Of a stretch of 64,000 bases of DNA, positions 54,401 to 64,000 are shown piece by piece (position 1 is the first letter of the stretch; each line of letters begins with the position of its first letter). The notes below the pieces were generated by a model, which was not told the origin of the DNA, did not search any database, and saw nothing but the letters and a program-made list of their open reading frames with translations. The stretch covers positions 12,717,694 to 12,781,693 of the forward strand of contig MU054323.1 in assembly GCA_013239625.1 (NCBI GenBank), read 5' to 3'. The stretch is from Lama guanicoe (lineage: Eukaryota). The position numbers and the translations under genes are program-made.

Positions 54401-54987
54401 ATTAGATATGCACAACATTCAAGTTGTGCCTAAGAAATAATTACTGGATTATTACACTAAGTAAGTTAAACTGTAGAATGTGAGCTGGTAGCACTTATAT
54501 AATTATCACTCAAGTGAAGAATACGTCAGCTTTACCCATTTGATGTTTTCCTTGCTCAAAAGAATTAATAAAAAGCATTTCTCTGAAAATATCTTACTTT
54601 TTGATGTGTATTTTTCTTCTACTGTGTTTTCAAGCTGATCTGGTATCTGCTTGCAGAGATTGGGGCAGTGTGTTGGAAATAAAATTATTTTTTCTTTTCA
54701 AGAGTTTGTATAGCAATATTAGATATTTAAATAATAAGCAAAAACACTCCCCCCTACTTATGACCAGTTATTGATGAACAATTTATTTTAGATTCTTAAA
54801 GAAAGAACTCAAAAGCATCTCTGTTATCTCTATTAGTAAAGGGATTTGTGGCATAGGTAACATAATACTTTAAACTTTTATATATATATATTTTCTGCTT
54901 GAATTGGAATATAATTATCTAATGTGAAAGTTCATTTTCTTCCCACAAAATAATCACAGTGAGAAGATGTGACCCCTTCAGCTTTTA

Positions 54988-55003
54988 TTTATTTATTTAT
55001 TTA

Positions 55004-55035
<32 letters not shown>

Positions 55036-55171
55036 TTTTGGGGAGTCATTAGGTCTATTTATTTATTTGTTATTATTGTTACTATTTTTTAATGGAGATA
55101 CTGGGGCTTGAACCCAGGACCTCGTTGCATGCTAAGCATGTGCTCTACCATTGAGCTACACCCTCCCCTAC
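54988..55171 (-). mobile_element. tRNA-derived SINE (Vic-1-like) with expanded (TTTA/CTTA)n tail
   Basis: Reverse A and B boxes (tagctcaatgg, gggttcaagccc). TSD ccccttcagctttta / cccctttagctttta. Confidence 0.9.
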
Positions 55172-55879
55172 CCCCTTTAGCTTTTAAATACCATTCTTGG
55201 TGAAATTCGTCTGCTGGCCATTCCAACCTGTGTTATCTCAACATGAAGTCAAAGTATAGCCATGGTAGTTTGGTGTCACTTTTGATTAAGTGTGACACTT
55301 CATAGCTTCCTTGGAATAGGAGCAAAGGCAGATATTTTGTCCTTAATCTTCTGTGCAGACTTCGCCTTCTGGACTCCAGTAGGCAAATAATCGTGTTTTG
55401 TATATTTAGTATTTGATAATTCCACCAAAATTTTGAAAGAGGGACTTACCATCAATCGAATAATCTTAATTGCCAATGAGGACATGACACAAATGGCTAC
55501 GTTAAGTGTAAGGTGTTCTTTGACTTTGAACTTCTCTCTAACAGTGTTAAAGTAAGCATCCTTGATTGCCGTTTCCCTTAACTATCTCAAAGTGTCTTCT
55601 AGTGCGAAGTTCATATTATAAAATAACTGAATTCTCTTGTAGAAATTACCCAATTCCTTTTTATCTAACTAAGCAATAAGTTTAGTTGATCTACTTCTTA
55701 AAAGACATATTTTGTGTCAAACTTTCTTATTTTAACTCCTTTAAAGTTCCTGTAGGTTTCAGTTTCAGTTCTCCTCATTTTGTTTTCATTGGAAAAACAT
55801 TTCCTATGTCTTCTTTTTACCTCTGCCTCTCAAATGTATGAAATGAAAAAGACCTAATTTCTTAGCCAAGAAGCATTTA

Positions 55880-58350
55880 TTGTAGCCATATATACTTTTT
55901 TAAGTTTCTTTTTTTGATGACCTTGACCAAGTTCAGTGGTCGATCAACTTTTTACTTGGTGATGGAGACAGCAATACCAACCTTTATTTTAGTATCTCTT
56001 CTTTGCCTCAGCTGAAGTGGCTCTTGGTGAAGCATATTACTTTTGGCAACCCATTCCACAACAGCACACAGCACCTTTATTTATCCTGTAATATTTAATC
56101 TGACCTAAAAATTGTTATATTTTTATCTAATCTAGAAATCGAGATTTTTCTTATTTTCAAAGGCTTCTCAGACCGCTGTTTTGAATATTCCATTCTCTCA
56201 TATTGCTTATCTTTGCTTCCCAAGACAAAGAAGATTTTATTTTCAACTTTCACGTAAATTATACTAAAAACTAAAATTCATACTTCCTTTTGGAAAGAGT
56301 TTAAATTAAAAAAAAAAGAATCTAGAGTTAAAAACTAAGCTTTAAAGTAATCATGGAAATCACTCATCTTATAAAGGTCTTCGCCCTGTGTAGTGATGCA
56401 TTTCAAGAATTTTCATGTTTTCTGTAGACATTAGAAGCAAATAATTCTCCACAGTAATATTTTAAAAAAATCTTTCTACTTACTTTTAATTTTTTTGAAC
56501 TGTAATTCCTGGCAAAGAGCTCTAGAACTGTGGAGTATGGTATGACACATTGTTTTATAGGTTAATGTAGACGTTTCATTCTCTTAGAGTTTTAGAATCT
56601 TTCTCTAAAATGCTAATTCTTATTATTTCTGAATCTGGACGTTTCAACATTGTGGTCTCCTGATTACTTCTTCAACATCTCACTGTGTTTTAAATATTTA
56701 TTTCAACGGTGTGATAGTTTTCACTTTAGAATTAGAAGTTCAGGGGATTGATGTGGTCTTTTGTAATGTTCAACCAAGAAATAGCTACATTGAGCTATTT
56801 TCAGTTTATAGGTTATAAAAGAACATAGTTCTGATATTTTGTAGTTAGCCTTACAAATATCAACCTAATTTGGGTGATAGTATTAGCAGAGGCAATTCAG
56901 TATAACTGAATTTTGAATTACGGGTTTTTCTCTTTTTGTTTACACAAGAAAGATTTGCCCATTCTGCTCACATCCTAGTTCAGATTATATGTCACAGAGC
57001 CAAAATTTGCTTAATTTATTAGCTGTTTAGTTGGAATTCACAGCATAGTGGAAAATGTTTGCAGATAATTCTGTGCAATAGTAGAAACTTCAGTTGATTC
57101 CTCGTATTTCTTCAGGGCAGTGATCACAACCAGATTCAACGTATGCACAAAGCAGCGGATACCATGGTAGCGGCCGTCGCTGATTGCTTTTACCATGTTG
57201 GATCCATTGTCAGTCTCAGAGACCTACTTCCAGCTAGGTGCCTTGAACTCAAATAGCTTTTCACACAGACTTCAGGATGTGAGCTAAGGTATGGCCTTTT
57301 TTCATGAGCTGGGCCTACATATGGGTTTACAGTAACCTGCAATTTTTATAGAAAAGAGACTATTGGCTGTAGTTTAATGTCAGACAATGACTAGTTATAG
57401 TCATCATTAGGCAGGTAGTGTGTGTTCTTCATATATTTGAATTAATCTCTTTTGGAGATTATTCCTTTTTCTCCTGTTTGTTTTTGTCACGAATACTATC
57501 CACCTGAAGATGTCTCATTAGAACCTGGTGTAAAGGTCTAATTAAGTCTGCTTTATGATTCAAACATTGTCTTCAGTGTGAGATATATATGACCATATCT
57601 TTTATGCATTTGGTGTAAAAAATAATATTTTTAAACCTCCTGTGGATTTTTGCACTATTTTTAAATATTTTTAAGATTTTGAAGTCAAAATAAAATTTTT
57701 TTCATCTTAACTAATTCCACTATTTTAATAATAGAGATTTCTCCTACTAATCATCTTTTAAAAACTGAAATTAGGATATTGGTATTCATGAATAGGGCTT
57801 GAAATGTAGAATCAGTAGTTTTCTGAGGGTAACTTGCTCTAAATTGCATTGATGCAATTTACTCTCCATGCCAGAGGTTCTTGTTTCTTCAAGGAGAAAA
57901 TACCCTGATTCTGGAAAAATGAGCTTCACTCCTGTTATCTTCCTTCTCTGCTTGGCAAGATGTATTTCTTTAAGTGAAATCTTTATTGAGAGTATAAGGG
58001 ATCAACTGACTGATAATAGATTTAGGAAACAATCTTTATTTTATTGTAGCTGTAACCATAACTCTTTTGTTTTCTCAAAGTACTTAACCATTGTTTTCCT
58101 TTTATGGTTCAGTGGCCCTATTACTTAAGAATTTTTTTAAGCCCCCGAAAGAGAATCATTTACAGTTGGGGAGAGTCCTTATAAATTCATACGGTGTACC
58201 GTCAATCAGCTTATGCACTTTTCTTGATTGTAAGTGTTTGACACTGATTTGTGAATAGCTACTGGTTAATGCAGAAGTTGAAAACCTGTTTGAGCTTATC
58301 TAGCAGAATCATATCTTTATTTAAAAAATTGTCAGACTCACCATTAAACT
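55880..58350 (-). mobile_element. Decayed hAT-superfamily (Ac/ZBED-like) transposase fossil
   Basis: Minus-strand motifs in canonical order: MTITSH (57404-57387), GHTLAHI (57296-57276), TDNGSNMVKAI (57214-57182), CFVHTLNLVV, KHF, PRF (~56635), PRATSAEAK (56027-56001). Many stops and frameshifts. Outer boundaries are approximate. Confidence 0.78.
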
Positions 58351-60003
58351 ATAGTCTCAACTTTTTTTATAGTTATAAAAGATGCAATATCTTATTTGAT
58401 TCTAGCAGCGAAATGTTTATTTAAGTCTTAAAACATTCATTCCCTATATTCTCCTTACTTACATATATGAAGTATGTTCATTTACACGTTCACACATAGA
58501 AGTTGATAACTAAAATGATATATACAGTATAATATCTACCAAGTGGTTCCTGAGTAGCAAAGGAAAGTTAGCCATGTGTTCTCTGGGACTTCTGTGTACC
58601 TCAGGGAAGATAAGGGAGCATAGGAGAAAAGGCAGTAACCCAGGGACACATGCTGGCTCCTAAGTTAAATCATCTTGCCTGGTGAGGTAGTATATACTTT
58701 ATAGTTAAAAATATCTGTAGGTACTAGTTTTTCACACATTGAAACACATTCAGAAGCCATGCATAACACTAAAACCATTTACCCTTGTTATCCCCCTGAG
58801 TGGCTCTTCTTAATTTACCTCTTGGGTCTACCCAAAGTTAAGCATTGAATTGCTTCTGAGCAGATATTTGTCTTTGTGAGACAGAACAGTTTATTTGGAC
58901 ATAATAGTATTATTTTGTTAAGGACATTCTACCTTTTTTTAGTCTTTTTATAGCTCTCTAAGGCTCCATGCCCACTTTGTGAAATACTATTTTAATATAA
59001 TAGCCCAGACTTTTTGTTAGTAGATGTACAAACTAGAAAAAAAAAGATAAATAGTTTAGATTATACCTTAGCGTAAACATTTTAAACACCTTTATTTATG
59101 TGTGGTTTCAGTTTGTTTTAAATTGTCTATTTAATGAATTAACAAAGATGTAGATTTTTAGTATCTAAGCAGTAGTATAATTATTATATGAAGAAAATGT
59201 GCTGAGAGTTGAAATAGAAAAAAGGATTCTGATACTTAGTTACTTTTATTATCTTGTAATAAAATTACAAATACAGTAGAAGTACCACATTCATCTAGAA
59301 AAGTTAAACATTCTCATGCCTTATATACTGAAACACAGTTTGATATGTCTGAGTATATTTTAGACCCTGAATAGGGAATGACAGAAGAATATCTTTAAAA
59401 TGATTATGCCCTAAAACTTAGTGTTTAGGTTAAGGTTCGGTGTATAGAAGTACATTGTATTAAGTAGTGAATCTGCACTTTACTCTGGAATATTTCTTTT
59501 TTTTTCCCTTGTAAATTAAAATATTTTGAGTGAAATACATACAATATTAAAATTAAAAACTACCTGTGGATCTTTGATCCCTAGGTCTTAGAAGGCAGGG
59601 GATAGACAGCTGTCACTTTTACATATAGAAGTGATTTCTCTACTGTTAGGTACTTAAACTATAAGTGTGTTTTTAAAGGTGTGGATCCAAGGACATACCA
59701 GGTATCTGGCTTTTTTTACAGTATGACATTTCTATAGTGTTTATCTCTTGTCTACTTTTGCATATGAAGAAAAAACCTACCCAAAACTCAGTTTATTGTT
59801 GTAGGCATTATCCCTGGCTTCACAAGCAACAATGCATCTAACTTAAACTACTTTTGGTATATATCGTGTGTATGTCAAAAAAAAATGCACACTATCATAC
59901 TAATTTTTAACCACTGTTACTGACTTACGAAAGTATTTATTTTTCGAAACTTAAAATCTTAATTTTCCTTGCATTTCTTTTCATATTGAAAAAACTTTTT
60001 CAG

Positions 60004-60149
60004 ATCTAAAAGGGAAAATATTAAAACAGGAGTAAAACCAGATGCATCTGATCAAGAACCAGAAGGACTTACTCTTTTGGTGCCAGACATTCAGAAGACT
60101 GCTGAGATCGTTTATGCTGCCACTACCAGTTTGCGGCAAGCAAATCAAG
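60004..60149 (+). CDS. BIRC6: BIRC6 coding exon
   Basis: Acceptor ctttttcag|, reads SKRENIKTGVKPDASDQEPEGLTLLVPDIQKTAEIVYAATTSLRQANQ, donor AAG|GTATAA. Phase 2 to 1. Confidence 0.95.
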
Positions 60150-60801
60150 GTATAACACTATTCCCTTTATGCTCCTTTTCTTTTGATACAAAGATGTTTC
60201 ATTTACTTACTGAAAACTGCCTTCTCATCCCTCTATGTTAATTTCTTTCAAGCAAGTTATTTACGTAAAGATTCTGCTCTGTGTCAGGTTTTCAAGCTAA
60301 TTATGAATAGTCTCTAATTTTAAAATATTAATCTCTACTTTGTAGAGTGTAAGACTAAATTTAGTCAGCCGACAGCATGCACCAAAAATTTCTTTTCTTT
60401 CCATTAAAGTCATGAAATTGAAAAATGAAATTTTATTAGATAGAAAATAGCACATTAAGACTGTGTAAGAATTTAGTTAAAATTGGCATTTTCATGTATT
60501 AGCAATGGAAGACATAAAGCCTTCTACATCATCTGTTGTTCATTTCTGCTGTTTTCGCCTGAATGGATGTTAATTAGCATTTTAAGAATTTAAGCTTTAA
60601 ATTTAATAAGATTTTTAGCTCTGTTAGTTATTTTTATGAAATAGAAATCTTTTAATTTTAAGATAGTACAATAGGAAGATAATGAAGAGTTTGGTAATTT
60701 TTTGGAATTAAAAATTTGAACTCTAGAAGTTAATAGTTTTGTTTGTTTTACTCTTCTAAAATGTATACTTATGTTATTTATCTTGAAATATTAAATAACA
60801 G

Positions 60802-60912
60802 AAAAAAAACTAGGTGAATATTCAAAGAAGGTGGCTATGAAACCCAAACCTTTATCAGTATTGAAATCACTTGAAGAAAAATATGTGGCTGTTATGAAGA
60901 AATTGCAGTTTG
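60802..60912 (+). CDS. BIRC6: BIRC6 coding exon
   Basis: Acceptor aaataacag|, reads EKKLGEYSKKVAMKPKPLSVLKSLEEKYVAVMKKLQF, donor G|GTAAGT. 111 nt. Confidence 0.92.
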
Positions 60913-63090
60913 GTAAGTTGAAATTGTAATCTTCATTTCTTCCGATTTCATTTCACATTGTTTAATAGTATTATTGAAATGTGGCTAGTAAAATTAAAGA
61001 ATTTAAAACTTGCTTTTACCATGAATTATTCATATTCTCTATATACATATAAATGTATGTGTGTATATATATACACACCCACATGAAAAGTTTTATCATC
61101 TATCTCTGAATTTCTATCTCTATTTATAGTTAATGTTTAGAAATCATGATTCAGTATAAATCTAGGGGGGGAAAAAACAAAGCCAAATATCTGACAGGCA
61201 GAAAGAAGAAAATCTTTTCTTTCTTTAACTCTCCATTTCTGTATATACTGGTCTGAAGGAAGCCAAGACCTGGGACTTTACACTCAAGTCTGTTACTCTT
61301 ACCATTTTAGAATTCTGAGATTTACCTTTGGAAAATGTAGTTACATGTAGTTCACTTGTAGCCTTTTCTATTCTAAAACTCTTGACAAGTAAGGACTGAT
61401 TAAAAGATCATACCAGCACCACTCATAAGGTGTTAGTCAGCAAGTAAACACTAGAATTCCGAATTTTGATGACCATCATTAACTATTATTGCATGTGCCT
61501 CTTTTCTATGCTTGAGAACTATCCCAAAGGACGTTGACTATGTTAAAGTAGGAGTCAAAAAAGCATAGATTTTTGTCATACAGTCAAAGTCATAAACCAG
61601 ATGAACGTTAGCCAGCCAGGAGGCTTCTCTTACAGCACTTAAAATCTTAAACTCAACAAGTTGGATGTGACTTTAAAAGTAATTGAGTTTTGCTATCCCT
61701 TGGCTTTTTAAATAATCTAGGAAAAATACAAGCTTTCTGTTGAGTTCTTTAGTAAACTCCATTTTCTACCTTATATATCTAGTAGTTTCTAATATGACAA
61801 TTCTTCTGCAACTTTATTGACTGCCTAATATTCTCATATAATGTACTGTCATTTGTTTAAACAATAATTAGACATTTAGGTTGTTTTCATTTTTAAGTAA
61901 CATCTTCAGCATCTCAGTGACCATCATTGCATATAAATATTTGTACATATCCAGGATTATTTCCTTAGGACAAGTTAATAGAAGAGGAATTGCTGAGTCA
62001 AACACGATTTATGTTTCACAGACTAGCCATTATCTTTGAATATTTCAGTAAAATTTTGGCATTAGAGGACCCTGTTCTCTTATAAATAAAAGATATAAAA
62101 ACTTCCTCCAGGCATGGAAATAAGCTCATGTTTGTGTCTGGTGGATTGCTGTTTATAAAACTCAAAGGAAATTTACCCCTGTATTAAGCTTTTGAAAGAC
62201 AGCAGAGTTGGGTGAGTGAAATTACTCCAGTTTACAAGTTTACTGATAGAAACTAGTCAGTAGTCTTCTGAGACCCAGTATATTTGTAGTGCATAGATCC
62301 ATGACACTGTTATAGGTCTTCCCCTTTTTTCTAGATTATAAGCTTCCTGAAGGTAGATATATATTCCTATTTATTATTTAACCCAAACAGCCTAGCCTAA
62401 GTAAGTGCACTTAGCTATTGGTAAAATTTACTGCATTAATGATAATTATAATGTAGTGTTAATGTTTTTCCATATATTAAGAATTACACAAGCACAAGAT
62501 CAAAGGTACCATTGTTTCTTTTCTATTTGCTCTAATAGGTGATTTTAATTTAGTGGTACAAGTTGTTTAAATATCCTTGTTTTAATCCATTGGTATAATT
62601 CAAATCCACTTTTTCTTTCTATTATATTTGGACGTAGCTTTTATAAAAGTAACTCTTAAGTCCTTCCAAACATGCCTAGGTAAATGGTTAAGAATTAGCC
62701 CGTTACTTATATTCTGTCAAAGTACTTAGATTGCCCTGATAATCTTTTATCCTAGTAATTTAAATTTTTAAAGTAATGGAAAAGTAAATTTCAGCCTGTC
62801 ATTTCTGATTTCTGATTCCAAATTAGTGCAAATTTATGAAGACTTCCTCTCTTCTTAAAAATGAAATATAATGAAATACTTTTTGGTATTTCATATTCTG
62901 TAATTATTTTGGCAAAAATATTGTATTCTACTCATTTTAAGAATAAGTTATCTACTACTTTGCATTGTTATTTAAATACTTGATATAATATAACCTATCT
63001 GCTTGTCCAAACTGTAAATTAAAAATCATTTCTTCTTCTGCATCTGTGACATATTCCATCCATCTAGCAGTGTCAGTATCTATAGGTTGG

Positions 63091-63168
63091 TACTACATAA
63101 ACACAGCTCTTCTTCCACGTTGCAGTCCTCTCCATTGTGGGTGGAGGAAGGGCTGTGATTTATGTGTG
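63091..63168 (+). ncRNA. Candidate intronic pri-miRNA-like / regulatory RNA hairpin
   Basis: 63102-63118 pairs fully with 63141-63157 (2 G-U). Extended by 63095-63101/63159-63165 and 63120-63126/63134-63140, with a 7-nt loop. Confidence 0.5.
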
Positions 63169-63253
63169 ATTTTTGTTATTATAACAGCTGTGCTCCATTC
63201 TGGTTCTTTTTTTTTCTTCAGTATGTTTTTTTCTTTTCTTTTTCTTCTGTTAG

Positions 63254-63471
63254 ATACATTTGAGATGGTTTCTGAAGATGAAGATGGGAAGTTGGGTTTT
63301 AAAGTAAACTACCACTACATGTCTCAGGTGAAAAATGCAAATGATGCTAACAGTGCTGCCAGAGCCCGCCGCCTTGCCCAGGAAGCTGTGACACTGTCAA
63401 CCTCACTGCCTCTTTCATCGTCCTCTAGCGTGTTTGTACGCTGTGATGAGGAGCGACTTGACATCATGAAG
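63254..63471 (+). CDS. BIRC6: BIRC6 coding exon, start of the UBC (E2) domain
   Basis: Acceptor ttctgttag|, reads DTFEMVSEDEDGKLGFKVNYHY...AARARRLAQEAVTLSTSLPLSSSSSVFVRCDEERLDIMK (UBC helix-1 motif RRLxxE), donor AAG|GTAGAG. The catalytic Cys lies beyond the window. Confidence 0.96.
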
Positions 63472-64000
63472 GTAGAGAAAACAACCTTTTTCCTGTTTTG
63501 CTGGCTAATCCTATTATTCAAATATTCATACAAAGCACTAGAAATAGCATGAATTTTAATAAATTTAATAAAAATTCTGTTGACCATTTTGCATATCAGT
63601 TTAAGGAATCCTTTTCTAATGTTAGTTGAGAGTATGTGGATAAGAATACCATTCAGAATAAAGATTTAGAAGAAAATACCAAAAGACCTTTCCTAAACAA
63701 AGGTTGTATGCAGCCTATCATAATTTTAAAACATAGTATCAAAGGATTTAATGCTGGTCAATATAAAAAAATTTATAAGATTTCTTCCTTATAATCCAGG
63801 ATTCTTCTCTCATGTTTTATACTATCAGTTTTCAAAATTTTTCTTTTTTTTCCCCTAGGAAATTTATGTATTTCAAAATCCATATGCTCTATGAATTAAG
63901 TAATAGTAGTACAATAAATAAACAATCTGTACCTTTATGTTTTAACACTGTGGTAATCTGGCTTTAAATTCCAAGAGATTGCTGCATCAAGAAATATTTT

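Noticed and set aside
4854..63587. Dozens of short ORFs in the supplied track as independent genes
   Set aside because: They are exon read-throughs, antisense shadows of exons, repeat-derived or low-complexity (poly-K, HT/CV, AGWL repeats), with no splice or homology support.

Overview
Mammalian genomic DNA, AT-rich. Four tRNA-derived SINEs resembling the camelid Vic-1 family, with no Alu, BovB/Bov-A or PRE-1 seen, suggest a camel or alpaca. The whole window lies inside BIRC6 (BRUCE/Apollon, a giant BIR/UBC E2-E3 ubiquitin enzyme) on the + strand. I resolved 18 consecutive coding exons (the first is truncated by the window edge). Their splice phases join into one uninterrupted frame ending at the start of the UBC domain. 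Introns hold L1, L2/MIR, MaLR and ERV-LTR pieces, MER DNA transposons, a long Tigger/pogo transposase fossil and a decayed hAT (ZBED-like) transposase fossil. Most interesting: a sense-strand pri-miRNA-like hairpin before the first UBC exon (63091-63168), an exon whose acceptor regenerates a consensus 5' splice site (21421), a GC-AG intron, a candidate TDP-43-type cryptic exon, a head-to-head L1 pair, a polyadenylated LTR retrocopy and two CpG-retaining intronic patches. Repeat family names and human comparisons are from memory, and no search was run.
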